A DNA stretch of 64,000 nt from Camelus dromedarius (GCF_036321535.1 NC_087436.1:36706001-36770000); one strand, 5' to 3'. Shown: positions 39,669 to 53,872, numbered from the stretch's first letter. Notes: generated by a model from the sequence alone, not told the origin. Translations and numbers: made by a program.

Positions 39669-40429
39669 CTGAGAAGAAATGACAAAAATTGACATACAGG
39701 AAAAAAAACTTGAATACCTGAGAATAGAGCTGACTCCTCACAATACACATTATTAATACCAGCTGTACCTTTCCAAATACATCTAAATGACTGCTCAGTA
39801 AGCAAAACGATGACCATCTAATAGAACACTAATATCCCTAACATTTAGTACTCTTAGAATGTACTCTTCGTGTATCAATTTTTACACAGGCAAGCTTTAA
39901 CAACAAAACTGTATTTTTAGAATGACAAGCTTACAGACAGAAGTATAAATTAGGATATGCTGTCATTACATCTACCATTATGCCCATTACACTACAACAT
40001 TTCACAAGACAGCCAAACTTATGATTAAAACAAAAATGACCAAAGTACAAGTCACTGATGTTTTAAGTGTTTTAAACACTTCTGACAATGAAGCTGACCT
40101 TTCTCCTTCCCTAACCTCACCACTTTGTGCCAAAATAATTTCCTCTCAAAAAGTGAAAATGATGTATCAAGAGTAAGAAAAAAGAAACTGGCCATATACA
40201 AAGTACACAAAATTCAAGAAACGAAAAATTCACAGCAATTCACTGAAGATTTCATATGAAAACTCAGGGCCCATCACTTGAATAACCTGATTAACTCCTA
40301 AGTCACACTTCTAAAGCCATTTTCAGGCCACTTAAGTTTTAGGGTAGCCCTCAGTGCATAAAACTAAAGTCAAAGCCAAGCTCACTACCTCCCCTAATCT
40401 CCTCTTTCTCTAAGGTTCCCTGACTAAGC

Positions 40430-41035
40430 ATGACTTAAATTAGAACTTTGGATTCATTGTTGACTCATCGTTCTTACTCGTTCTCCATATCTAATCTATC
40501 ACTCTCTTAAGTATTCATTTGCCTTAACTGTATCTGGAATCCAGCCACGTCTCTCCCTGCCCTCTGCTCACAACCCAGTTGACAATTACCTCTTCCCTGA
40601 ATTGTTACAACATCCTTCTATCTGGTCTCTCTGCCTGCAGTCTTACCTCCCTCCAATCACAACACAACATTGTTGCCTGGGGTAAAGCCAAATTTCTAAC
40701 ACCGGGACTCTGCCAACCATTTTAGTCTAATTTATCCCCGCCTCAAGTAATCCACTCCAGCCTCAGGAAACAACTTCCCTGTTGCATATGAAGTTTCTTC
40801 TCTGTAGAAGACTCTTCAACTACTTTGCTTAATTCATTCACCCCTAAGGTTCCAGCCCTCCCTGATCCTTCTATGTGTGCCTACAGAATTCTATTCTTGA
40901 CCCTATGTTATACTTCTTGCTCTAAAATTGCCTAGTAACTGCTCTAACTCCCATACTAAGCCATAAATTCCAAGACAGAACAGTTGTCATAGCATCCCAG
41001 TGCCTGGGACATACTATCCATTAAATATTTAATTG
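40430..41035 (+). mobile_element. L2 fragment
   Basis: CTGGTCTCTCTGCCTGCAGTCTT...ATCCCAGTGCCTGGGACATA; approximate. Confidence 0.6.
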
Positions 41036-41359
41036 AAAATGTATATATATATATATGTGTATAGATATATGTATGTGCACTCAAAAGGATAAAAAAACAA
41101 ACTGACAGCAGTAGTTAACAACATGGGAGGGAAGTAGAACTGGTGAGCAGCAGTAGATGAGGACTGGTTTTTTACATTACAAAATTCTGTATTATTTGAA
41201 TTTTTTAGAGAATTATATAATTATTTGTAAGAATAAAGTGTTGGCTAACCTACAAAGAAAGACTAGTCTGTGTCTAGGTGAATAGTGTCAATGATACTTT
41301 AAAAAAAACAAATGTCTGAACGTTGGAGATTAATAATAAAGTCAAGTGTGACAATCAAC

Positions 41360-41546
41360 CTTTCAATTTTGGACTGGGTTCTTGTTCTTCCATTTTCTCG
41401 TGTTTTATCATCTTCTTTCTTAGGTGGAATTATTGTTGGCTCCAAACCAAACAATTCTTGAAGACGTCCATAAAGATCCGAACGATTATAGACATGAAAT
41501 TCAAAATCATTGACTGTGATGTACAATCTGGTCTCTGCCTTTGGAT
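41360..41546 (-). CDS. BLTP1: BLTP1 coding exon 5 (PKAETRLYITV...QSKIE), 187 nt
   Basis: TTTTTAG| acceptor, AG|GTTGAT donor, phase 1-2; overlaps ORF 41299..41526. Confidence 0.95.
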
Positions 41547-42999
41547 CTAAAAACGTTATTACAGGGAAAAAAAAAGTTTTCCGTCAACTTTTTAAAAACT
41601 TTAGTCAAAGTTTTAAGCAAATCTTTTTCCACAGCAGATGTAACTCAAATGATTTATTTTAAATAGAATTCTGTGATAAAAAAGAATCAAAATTTTAAAA
41701 TAATAAAACACTAGCAAAAGAAAGAAAAAAGCTGATGTTAATATAGTATTTCAATTTAGCATTCTAAAGACAACCTTAATTTCTAGATTCTGGTTGTATA
41801 ACACCAAAATTTAAAGATTTTATGCTAAGAACAGCAAAGTGCCTTTAACAGAGTAAAACTTTACTGCATTATAGCCATAAGTTTATGCTAAAATATAAAT
41901 AGTAAAATGTTCAAGTATGATGCATTAAACATCACACAGATTTGAACTTTTGCATCATAGAAATTTTTCATATACTAATTTATTTTTTAAAACTACACAA
42001 TGTCAAAACAAAGATTTTATGAACTGTAGACTTCAAACAATAATCTCAAATAAAAGATATAATTACATTAAATATAATATAACAACAGTAAGTAGTAAAC
42101 CCATCTATAAAGTGACAGATGGGGCACTTGTTTCTACTGAGGAAATAATCTATGACAGTGCATCACATGTCAGCCAGAAAGAGTCAGAAGAACAGTACCA
42201 GAGTCAGTGCTTTCTTTTGTTATGTATGATATATGTAGGATTTTTTAAGACTTTTCTTCAATCTGTATCTGTTTTTATTTCTGTCGAACAAATTCAATTG
42301 AAAGGCAATTAAAATTAGATATGACCAGTCAGAACAGTTTAATTTTTTTAAATGGGTGAAGAGAATTACTATTAACTTTCTTTTCAGTACCTTAGGCTGT
42401 GGTTTAAATATGAGGTGTATATTTTTAGTAAGGTATCAAATTTCACCAAAATCAATTTTTTCTCATTAGCAAAAAACATTTGAAATGTCAAACACCGTAA
42501 CTAAATATAAAATTTAGTTTAAATTAACAAATGAAAAATGCCTGCCACTCCATTTTAAAAATAAACTAAGAGAAATGAATCAGAACATTCATTTCTTACA
42601 CAGTAATACTTTTAATTCTACCCCAATCTAGGTTTTTTCCCTCTTCACTTCCTGCAACAATTGAAGAAAAAAAGATAAATTCAATCCTTCAAAAAACTAA
42701 ATCCAATCTTTCAAAAAACTAATGTTTAGGGCCTGTAACTTTTCTGATATTTTTAAAATAGCTTAACCTATGTTCTCTCCTATTTTTTTAGATTTATCAA
42801 ATGACTAAAAACTAAGACAGTCCCCTAAGCTATTACATAAAGTGTCTGCCCCTTTTTCTTGCTGTAAGTCAAATTCTTAAAATTAAAATAAAAATAAGAA
42901 GCACTATTTTTTTTAATACATATGAAGTATTCTAAGACTTAATAATGATAAATATCATTATCCATTTTTAAGTAAGTAAGTCAATCTCTATCATCATTA

Positions 43000-43920
43000 G
43001 GCTTAAACGTTTCCTCAGTATCATCCATGACCTCTCCCCAAAATGTCAGGGTCAAACATCCATCAGCTTACTCAAATATCTCCAATTTGATGTCTAACAG
43101 GTATCTTACCCTTGACACATACAACCAAACACCTGATTTTCCCACCCAAAACTACTCCACAATATTCTCTATCTTATCAACAGCAAGTCAATCTTTTCAA
43201 TTGTTTAGGTCAAAAATGTGACCGCTCTCTTTCTTTCATGTCCCAGATAGGATGAGCAAATCCTGTCAGCTTTTCTTTCAACATATATCCAGAATCCAGC
43301 CAGTTCTCACCACTCGGGCCCAAGTCCACATTGACTTGCACATGTTTGAACACAACAGCCTCCCTTACTCCCCTTTTGCCTGTGCTTTACACGTTGGCCA
43401 GATCTTTCAAACCCCTGACTAAAATCAGGTCACTCTCCTTTTCCCTAGTTGCCTGATGGCTTCCTCTCACCCAGATTGAAACCAAGGTCCTTTCAGTGAC
43501 CTATAAAATCCTACAAGATCCTCACTCTTCTCTCCTTTTGGTCCTCACTCCAAGTAAACTGGCCTCCATTTTGGTAATGAAACAGGAAAAGAACAACCAG
43601 GAAATGTTCTTCCCCCAGGTATTCACAATAACTCATTTCCTTACTTGTTTCATGTTTCTGTTGAACTGTCCCCTATCAATGAAGCTTTTCTTGACTTCCC
43701 TATGTAACACAGCACCCTGCCTGCAAACCAGCACTCCCTAGTCCACTGACCCTGCTTTTATTTTCCTCAATGCCATATTTTCCTCACTCATTCCTCGATG
43801 CTATATATATTTACTTGCTAATTATCTGAATCCTTCCTAGTGTGAATGAAGCAAGCTCTGTAAAACAAGAAACTTGTCTTATTCACTGTTGTATCCCTGG
43901 TGCCTAGAACAATTCTTAAT
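43000..43920 (+). mobile_element. L2 3' region
   Basis: ATCTCCAATTTGATGTCTAACAGGTATCT...ATCCAGAATCCAGCCAGTTCTCACCAC...TTCACTGTTGTATCCCTGGTGCCTAGAACA. Confidence 0.8.
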
Positions 43921-44594
43921 ACACAGAAGGGCTCATCTGTGTGAAAGAATAACAGAGCATCTTATTACAAATCATACCCCTAAGTAAAATAAAAATATCC
44001 ACAAACAAATAGATCTTAGACTTTTTGAAAACCCAGCATGTGGAAGCATAATAAATGCAAAGTAGATTATTTTTCTTTTCCCACTTTGAGTTATACAAGT
44101 AGGAATTTATTATATAATTCTTCAAGGTCATAAACAACTCAATCAAAATTTACCTCAAACTCATTCAAGTCATTTGTTTTCAAATTTACTTTCAGCACAG
44201 TTTACCAAGATCCCTGAATACAAATTCCTTTATCATTAGGAATGCATTATAGAGGCTATAAAGGCTGGTAAATGAGCTACAGAAGCAGGAATGGGGAAAA
44301 AATAAGAGTCTAGACTAGCCCCTAATTGGATCAGCAGTGATAAATACACAAATGATGTCTGTATAAAAATGGAAACAGGACTACTCTCAATTTGATCTCC
44401 AACTTGCTGGACATGCATAACTGATTCTCTTCTTTCAATATGACTGATATGATAATAATATGGCCACATTAACTTCCTAAAAGCAACAAGGTACAAGGAT
44501 AAAGGTATTCATCTCTGAAAGTATTTTGAAAAAAAATGATAAACACTAAATACTTAATACTAAAACACTGCAAGACCCCCTCAACAATCCCTAC

Positions 44595-44775
44595 CCATTT
44601 TCCCAAATTTTTTTTCTGCTTTATTTATTATTGATTATCATCTCCCTCCATTAGAACATAAACTCCATTTGAGAAGAATTTTTTCCTGTTGTGTTCATTA
44701 TCCTATCCCCAGTTCCTGCAACAGTGCCTGGTACATAGAAGATACTCAATAAATATGTTAAATCATTAAACAGAA
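44595..44775 (+). mobile_element. L2 3' terminus
   Basis: ACAGTGCCTGGTACATAGAAGATACTCAATAAATATGTT. Confidence 0.75.
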
Positions 44776-45184
44776 ATAATAAATGGGTTTTTTTAATTTT
44801 AAGTAAGACTGAACAAAACGCCTAGACCACTTTTTTCCTTCCAAAAATCACTTTAGAAAAATACTGAATAGAGAATCTATAAGCATTTAAAAGCAGCTTT
44901 TGGTTTTCTATTTTAAAAGAGAAAGATTTAGCTGAGTTCACATCCCACTTTTTAAATTTGTTCTGTTGTTCCTATTTGTTTTACTTGCATTACTAATGTT
45001 CCAGCTAGCAAGCTACATGATTAAGCAGTAAATCAGATCTCTAAGCCTGGTTGATCTCCAAGCTTACATAGCCTGTACTCTCTTCAGAGTCTTTGCCAGG
45101 ACCTTTTCTGTTAGTAACCCCAGCTTTCTGTCATCCTCAGGAGTAGTCTGTACAGTAATACCCTCCCCATCCCTCAACCTCCAT

Positions 45185-45656
45185 CCCTCATACACACAGA
45201 TGCAGAGAGACAGGTGGCCCAAGAGCACACCCACAGAGACAGAAACACAGGGAGAAGCACACACAGAGAGGTGGGCACATATTTACAGAGGGGGCACGCC
45301 CTTGCAGAGAAAGGCAAGCACACACAGCTATACTCATGCACCCAAGCACAGAACCATTCACAAAGCACACCCATACACATCCTCTCACAGAGCCATATAT
45401 ATGCAGATACACATGCGTAGGTACTAGCACACTCACAGGATTCCCCTCACAGACATAAGTATGTACAGACAGAGCCCACATGCAGAGGTACCCCACACAT
45501 AGACAGGGACACCTTCCCAGATCAGAAGGGTGCGTCCTCATAAATGAACACCTCCCTTAGCAGACAGACGAGCACTTTCCCAAAAGACAGATAGGTTCCA
45601 CAGGCATTTGTCTCCCATCTATAAACACATGCGCGAACACACACACACACACACAG
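45185..45656. repeat. Degenerate CA/CAGA-rich low-complexity tract ending in (CA)n
   Basis: Repeated CACACAGA/ACAGAG words; explains the cluster of overlapping C/V- and H/T-rich ORFs. Confidence 0.85.
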
Positions 45657-45714
45657 CTTCTTTTAAAAAAAAAAAATTGGGACTTCTACACTAGACTCTC
45701 CAGGAACCATAGAA

Positions 45715-45870
45715 AGGCAGTAAATGAACAGTAGAAAGGATACCAGACTGGATTCCTGTAATATCATTCACTAATATTGTGACCTAAAGCAAATACCTTA
45801 ACGGCTCTGAGCCTCACTTTTCTCATCTATAAAATGAAAACACCTCTACCTACCTGTAGGATGCTTGTAC
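45715..45870 (+). mobile_element. MIR
   Basis: GTGACCT...CTCTGAGCCTCACTTTTCTCATCTATAAAATG. Confidence 0.75.
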
Positions 45871-46014
45871 ACCATAAATACAAATTCCCTTGTCTTTCCA
45901 GGTCAAGTTCTTTCTAGTCATAAAAATTATGTATTCACTTTTGATTTACACTGAACTCTCTTCTTTTTAAATAATCTTTCACTTCATAATGTGATATAAT
46001 GTTCATCATAATAA

Positions 46015-46105
46015 AAGCAGCTCATCTCTACTGAATGGTTGCTCTGTTCGTTCTAGGCGCTCTACTCATATAATCTCATTTAATCCTCACAACAACCCTA
46101 GCAGT
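46015..46105 (-). mobile_element. MIR fragment
   Basis: ATCTCATTTAATCCTCACAACAACCCTA. Confidence 0.75.
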
Positions 46106-48884
46106 CAGAGTCCAAGATTATATAACTAAGAAGTAGACTAGAATTCAGGTCTCTAAACACTGGTTCTTAATCGCAAAATAAAACTACTTATTAATTATAT
46201 TAATAAATGTAATGACTATTTTAAAAGCAAAAATGTTATTAATCCCTGAAAACAGAAATGTATCAAAAGGGTCCAGTTATTTCTTTGTATTTTATTTTAA
46301 AAAATTGGTCAATATTCATACCTTAAATGCAGTATTTAATTGTTAAATTCTGGTAACACTAGATTTCTCACTGACAATTATCTCTCCTGAAAATTTTAAA
46401 AGCAGTTTTTAGGTTTCATTCATTCTGTTGACACTGGGAGTCAAAGTGAAAACTTTAATTTATATATAATTTAAGAAAGGTATAATCAATTGACTCTTTT
46501 AAATCTCCTCTCTACATTAATATTGTTCTACCCTTGAAGGCAGAAATCTTTTTCTCATACTCCTTGTCATCTCACATTCATATAATGGGCTTCCCAAATT
46601 CATCTGTCAATAACATACCCAAAAGATATAAGTACAGACATAAAAGGCTCTTGATATAATGAGCAATTAATTTATGGGTGAAAAAATAAATGAATGTTGT
46701 AGAACAGCTTAAGTCTCCTGAGCAAATAGCTAATTGTTTTCCTAAGGGAAATTAGGAGAAAGGCACTTATTTAATTATCTAATTGGAACACATGCTATTT
46801 GCAGTAAAAAATCTAAAGTGCAAAAGTGCTGCCAAGGCCTTGCAATTTTTAGAATCAATACTTAGTACAAAGACAAAACAGTCTACTGAACTTTTAAAAC
46901 CTGTTTAGGGATTTTTATTTCCTTTATGTATTTAACAAACGGGATTTGAAAGTACTAGATTATCTTAGGCTGAAACTTCTAAGCAACAAAATAACAGAAC
47001 ATACATTACCATCATCCTTTCACTTCTTAACAATGTAAGAATTCCTCTGGATAAGAAGGATGCGTGCCTAGTCAGTCAGACTAGTATGCATTTGAACACT
47101 ATGATATACAACCATATGTTAAGAGGCAACTAGTCCTGCTATTTATTTTCCAAAAGAATCTCTCAAATTCAACTATCCTAAAAACAAAATAAAAAATTTT
47201 GACTGATATCCTCATTAATTGGCCAACAAGCATCTGTAACAGATCATTAACTCATAACCTAGGGAATATTTTACAACAAATTCTATGGTAAATGAATTAG
47301 ATGTGTTCTGTTCTCTCTTTTTTTATGGGTTAAACTGGACAAATGACAACTTTAAATCTGCTCCTGGCTTAAATTATCCCAACCAAGCTCTATAGTACAA
47401 TAGTTTCAGCAAGCAATACCCCTCTTTTCTCCTATTAGAGCAGTTCTAAAACTTCCTAATGAAAATCTTGGCCTTACCCACAGACAGCCCCTTAACCTAT
47501 TCCCTGGAAGGCTAGGGACCATGTATCTATTCAGGCACATGCCCCAGTTTTCTAAATTCTCCACTGGGAAACACGTCAAACATCTCTACTTCCTGCTTGG
47601 TTAACTGTCAAAGGTCTGGCATACAAAAATGAGAAAGAATAATCTAGACAAAATAATTTAAATATTCATGACTATTAAGAATAACACAAAATATCCAAAA
47701 ATTATTATAATATTTCTGTTCTACATCGTGAACAGTTACAGAGAGAGCACAGAGACAGGTTTATGTTAACAGTAAGAGTGACAGAAAGAATTCAAGACAG
47801 AAAGAAATAACAGGGAAGAGCCAGCCAAGAAAGGGCCAATATTCGAGCTATTTATGCTAATCTGGGGTTATGAATCTGAAGGAGTGAGATTACATTTTGC
47901 TGTATCCTTTGAAATGAGCTAAGTTCATGTCACTCTTGTGCGCCAAAACTTTTCATGGCAGTGGCTGCCAGTGTTCAATATCCTCCAGAACACAACTTCC
48001 AAATTATCCCCTAGTATTCCTTTACGTTCTATTTACCACCAAATGGAGTTGTTAATTCCTAAACACACCCCTGTTTTCCAACCTCAATGCCATCGGTCAA
48101 ACCAGTTATTCCATCTGAGCTACCCTCTTCTCCACTCCATCTCTGCCTGACATAATCCTACTCACCATCATCATCATGCATGCTGCTTAAAGGATGGAAC
48201 TTTCCCAGCAGCCCTGCATCTACTATTCTGCCTCCTGACAAATGGGCAGAACTTTAAACATCATCAAACCACAAACCTGCTGGGACCACACCAAGTGGTC
48301 CATACCAAAGTTGGTAATTTTGAGGATGGTTCTCAGAATTTTTCCTCAACACACACACACACACTGCTCCCTTTCTCCTTTAATTATAATTGTATGTGGT
48401 TCTCTCAGATGGATTCAGATAACACCCATTCCTCTTTATGTTTCTCTATCCCCTCCTCCAGCTTAACACAATGATCAGTAAAATGAATACAAAATAAATA
48501 TGTTAGATTAGCTAAAAATTATTATCAAAAGTTACCTCTTTCCTAAAGAACTTAGGTCAGTTACTCTTGACTGCATCCATATATTTTGGGGAACAGCAAT
48601 CCACTTTAAGGAGATGTGACAATTCACGATAAAATGAAGTAATTATTTTCGTCAAAAAAAATTTTTAAACAATTTAGGATCATATTCCCCATGTCTTAAG
48701 AAAATTCTGAAGTGGGCAATCCCATTAGGCCTAGTTTAAAAATTGCAGTTGCTTCTGGATACTACAAATGTCTTTGTTCCTCCCATGAGCTGTCATAAAT
48801 GTTTATAGATAAGAATTTCCAAGAACCTACTTAGGCCACATTCCACAAGTCTGTTTTATAATAGAAGGGGCACTAGACTCCTTG

Positions 48885-48930
48885 TATTATATAGTGTATA
48901 GTATATAGTACATAGTATATAGTATATATT
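48885..48930. repeat. Imperfect (TATAGTA)n simple repeat
   Basis: Read directly. Confidence 0.8.
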
Positions 48931-50296
48931 AAGTTAGCAGACCTGGGTTTTTGTCCTGAATTTACCAGTTATAATCATAGGCGTTTCTGATTTTCCATCT
49001 GCAAAATGAGGAGTTTTGAGAATATTAGTTGTTTCTAAATTGATAATGGATTTTGAGAAAAATCGGTCATTTCCTAACAGTGTTCCTTGGAATCCTGGGG
49101 TAAAGAGCATGGGATGGGGTGGTTTCAGGTCAAATGGGCCTCCTCAACCCACCTCCCTAAAGTTTTATCAGTTCACATGCCATTTCAAAACTCTAAAAAA
49201 TTTTAGAACCAAATTTCTAATATAAATATACAAATAGGTTTTTCAAAATAATCTCAAACAAGCTATACAAATGAAGAGAACTTTGTTTCAGCTCCACTGT
49301 AACCTTGTTAACAATAATATTTATGTTAACATGTAAAAAAATAAAAATAAAAGATTAAGTTAAAACAGTAAATCATCTAACAAATAGATTGCAAGATTAA
49401 CAAAGCATGACATGCTGAGGAAAAATATCCTCCTAAAGTAATCTATCTCTAAGGGACAAACTAGATGGAATTTTTAAACTAAATCAGAGGCAGAAATATT
49501 GGGCCTGCCCAAAGTTAAGTGAATGTGTTAAAAGCTGGGACTGAACTCAAAAGAACTTGGCTCTAAGGAGTGAGCTTTAGCCATTTCTAAAGTGTAAGAC
49601 AGCTTTACTTAAATGCCACCTTTCAGATTTACAGCCAAATAAAAAAATAAAAAATATTCTCTCCATAATATTTAACATGATTAATAGTGTAGGAAAGTGA
49701 CTCAAAATTTTGAATTTATTCAGCTTTCATAATAAGCCAAAACTTAAAAGCTTCCCAGTGCACTAATATACTGACTATCTAAAGAACATTTTTTTTTTCC
49801 TGTGAGAATGCTTACGGTAACTGGTAAGGAAAGAGGTAAAATGGTTGGTTTAACAACTGATACTCTAAAAATCACAGACTGAAGACTGGTAATAACACAC
49901 AGCTATTCTCAGTTACTGATGAGAGACTGCAAAAGGCCTATTTCAAAGTCCCACAAAATACTTTTATTATATGAAGTCACTCAGTCTCTATTCAAAATTA
50001 TCTAAAAATAATTCTAATTTTTAGAAAAACTTTTCAAGACTGAAATTTGGCCATTATTCTTTCTAGTAATTGATTTCATTAACTATACAGATGCCAAATT
50101 CTAACCCATTAATGCCAACCTTTTCAAGGTAGATAATATTATGTATTATATAAGAGGGACAAAAGATATGTGGGAGCAAGGGAATGATAGTTTAAAAAAA
50201 AGACTAAAGAGTAGTGAAACAACAGTGAAATCTAAAATAATTTAGGACAGCTCAAAGTTGTGGTAAGTTTTGAAAGATTCCTAGGTGAGCTTGCAT

Positions 50297-50321
50297 ACAC
50301 ACACACACACACACACACACA
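50297..50321. repeat. (CA)n microsatellite
   Basis: Read directly. Confidence 0.95.
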
Positions 50322-50494
50322 GGCCCAACATTTAATTGGAAAGTTCCAAAGTTATACAGAACCAACCACCATTTCAGAATCTCAATGCCAGAAACACAGA
50401 AGGCCCTCATAGCTAAGAAAAGGTGGAGGGGTTTCATCCTATTTTGACCCCATACTCCAGGCCCCACTTAAAATCTCCTAGAATAGTAATTATC

Positions 50495-50985
50495 AAACAG
50501 ACCTCCAGGGGATCCTGAGACCCATTCTGGGGAACCACAAGGTCAAAATTATTCTGATAGTATTATTATACTGAGATGTCTGACTTTTTCTCATTCTCCC
50601 ATGAGTGGACAATGGAATCTTTTAAAGGCTACATCAAGTATATATAGTACAACAGACTGAATATAAAAGCAGAGGTGAGAACTCAATTATTTTCCGTAAG
50701 GGATGACATTTAAAATATTTACAAAATATAAAATAACATCACTGTTCTCACTAATTTTTTGCTTCCAAAAAGTTATTTTTCACAGTTTGTTATTTATTTT
50801 AATATGTAATGAATTTACTATAGTTTTTTAACGAAATAAAAACATTTCTATAATTATCAGGCTTAATTTTGAATGTAATAAATATAAATAGATATAACTT
50901 GCATAAATAAAAGCTCTTTGGGAATGTCAATAATTTAGAAAAATGTAAAAGGTTCCTGAGATCAAAAATTTGAGGAATCACAACT
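50495..50985 (+). mobile_element. hAT-Charlie1-type deletion derivative
   Basis: GGGGATCCTGAGACCC...AGGTCAAAATTATT...AGGTTCCTGAGATCAAAAATTTGAG; right end is the reverse complement of the 35161 terminus. Confidence 0.75.
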
Positions 50986-51609
50986 CTGAAAGTAAAGACA
51001 AGATCTATTCTCCTTGAAGACACTGGTATGGTTAATGGAGAGCAAGGGGGTTGGGGCACAGACAGGAGCACCTACAGCTGCAAAACGAAGATTTGAGGAA
51101 AATATTCTGAGATAAAATTGTGTTGATACAGAACAGAACCAGAAGGGAGTCTAGAGTCTGTATTTCCTCTTTTTTTCTCACCCTTACCATAGTAAATAAA
51201 TGAGAATTAGTAGCAGTCTCAGGTAGAAGTACAAATAAAGGCGCAGAAGCTGAAAAGTAGAGAAGTGTCTTAGTAGGATGATTAAAGAGTGCTAGGAAGG
51301 CCACTTTAACCACAGTATGGGGTTAGGTCCATAGACATAGTAGGAGGTAAGTCTAGAAAAGTGGATAAGGGTCACAGTGAGAATAACCCTAAGTAAATAA
51401 TAGGTTAAAGTAACTAAATGTGACCATGCCAGAGGAAAGCTGCTGAAGGATTTTCAGCCACGGGGGGTTAAAATCAGAGTCCTGTAAACTCCAAAACTTT
51501 TAAAAATATTTTTATCTATTAACAAAACGTGAAATATTTCTATATCTACAAATGAAAATTCTGATTATATAATTGAAGATTTCAGATTCTTAAAAAAATG
51601 AAAACTCAC

Positions 51610-51674
51610 CATGTTGCTTCTGCTTTGGGTTATACATTTTCCACCACCGAAAAATTATAAATCCATCTTGAATT
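51610..51674 (-). CDS. BLTP1: BLTP1 coding exon 4 (IQDGFIIFRWWKMYNPKQKQH), 65 nt
   Basis: TTGATTAG| acceptor, G|GTGAGT donor, phase 2-1. Confidence 0.95.
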
Positions 51675-52805
51675 CTAATCAAGATAAATTACAAAAATGA
51701 AAACATAAGTAACAATTTACTTAACCCACTTTTTAAATAGTTATTATAAAAGGTAAGCAATTTATAATAAGGAGATGCAGAAAGTTTTCAGCAGGACACT
51801 GGCATACCTAGATGTTTCATAATCATCCAGGTAAGAAAGGAAAAGAAAATTTGCATAGCTCTAAATCAGATTCATCTATTTAGGTAAACTGCTATACCAG
51901 ATTACATTAAACAGGAAAATGAAGTGCTATCAGGAAAATGTTTTCTTCTTTAAATGATATTTTAAAAATAGTGTTAAATTTATATAAACTAAAAGCTAAA
52001 TATTTAAAGTGAAATGTTAGCACAGTAAGGGAAAACTTGAACATTTTCCTTCTTTTCTGTAATGATGTATCACCTCATATCAAAAGGATAGAATGACAGC
52101 CTCTTAATTTTTACTTTTTACCTTTAATTTGGAAATAATTTTAGACTCACAAAGAGTTGCCTCTACTGTTTTAAGTGAGGTGTGAGTGCTGCCAACCCGT
52201 AACACATCTCAACTAATTCAACACTTTCAAGTTCTACCTAAGTAACAAATTTTAAGAAAATCAAAAAAATACAGTAAGCTTTTCTTTCAAGGCTTACCGA
52301 AGAGAAAATACATGAAACATATAAATTATAATTATTTATTATATTCATATCTGCATTTCCTTATTAAAGTAAAATTAGAATTGCTAATAAAGGCTAAATA
52401 ATTCTAAAAACTTATCACCTATAATAAGAAGTTACTGGATGAGAGCTATCAACATCCCTGTCCTTGTTTTATATAACAAATGACTAAAATGAATTCTACA
52501 ATAAAAATGGTAAAGTAATCTTACAGCTCAATTTTTTAACTAGGGATAAAATGAGGTTATTCAATTCTATAAGCTACTAGTCAATAAATTTGCCAGTCTG
52601 AACCTCACTTAGCTAAATTAATCCACTGATGGAAACATTTTTTTAAAAAAATCAACTCACCAGGTATTACTCACTGAAAAAAATGATTTTTAATTTATAA
52701 TTTTATTTGAAAAAGTAACATTTTTAATATGAAAAGGCAATACATATTTCAAGTTTACTTAGGATGGATTCTTTTTAATTTTACTTATTTATTTATTTAT
52801 TTTAC

Positions 52806-52884
52806 CTAATAGACATGTCTTCTGTAATGTAATATATTTCACGAACCATGACTTTTCCAGACAGAACAGAGAAAGAAAAGGAGC
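52806..52884 (-). CDS. BLTP1: BLTP1 coding exon 3 (GSFSFSVLSGKVMVREIYYITEDMSI), 79 nt
   Basis: CCTCAACAG| acceptor, AG|GTAAA donor, phase 1-2. Confidence 0.95.
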
Positions 52885-53872
52885 CTGTTGAGGGAAAAAA
52901 AAACCAACAGCAATTAATGTAATTGTTTTGAAAGATAGCAGAGGCCTTAAAGCTTAAGATAATCTGAGCATTCAATTTACTCAGTGATTAAACGTTCTCT
53001 CCCTACTCCCTTCCTGATATCCTTACAGCCTTACTAATCTTTTACCATTTTTTCCTCAAATATAACAAAGTGCCATACATATTACCACTATGGACTAAGC
53101 TGCTAAGTAACTACATGAGGACATCAGTTTAAATAGCTGTTTCATATGGGTAATTCGCTTAATTAGACATAATCCATTAAATAAACCCAAAGCAGCAACT
53201 AATTCATCATTTTTCAATTGCCTCAAATTAATCTAAGACTACTTATGTTTGAGAGAAGTTTTATTTATGTCTCCTCAGAAGTACTCAACTCTAAGGAAGG
53301 TTAGAAAGGTTCTATTAGGTGACTTCTCACTCCTTTTCTCCAGCCGCTTAGGGCTTTCCAAAGCAAAAAGCTTCCTAAAACACCCTGCCATCTATCTGCA
53401 AACAACCCACTTGTAAGTAGTCAGACACTAAACTAATAAAGCAGGAAAATGAAACACACAAGATGATTCCACTTACAGTTACAGATATTTTAGATATCAG
53501 TTACTTAAAAAAAAAACCAACAACAAAGCAAAACTTCATCAAGCATTAGAAATTTTCTTTGGATAGTGGAATGATGAGGAATTTCTATTTCTATATTTTA
53601 TATGTGTCTAGATTATTTCGAATGATTTTAATGAGTATCTTTTAGAAGCAAAAAAGTCAAAAAGTAATTTTAGAAACACTTTAAGAAATAAGAATGAGGA
53701 AAAGGACCAAGTAGTAGTTCATGTCTAGAGTGCTATATGAGAAAAAAAATTCTTTAGTTTAACCTTCATAAAACAAAGGTAAATTTCTACCCCTACTATC
53801 TGTTTACAAAATATAAATTTACAATATACATCTCAAGATTACAGAGAAAAAAAAAAGGTACTCAAAACTTAC

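Noticed and set aside
45064..45541. Five overlapping ORFs as small protein genes
   Set aside because: By-product of CA/TG low-complexity sequence that is poor in stop codons
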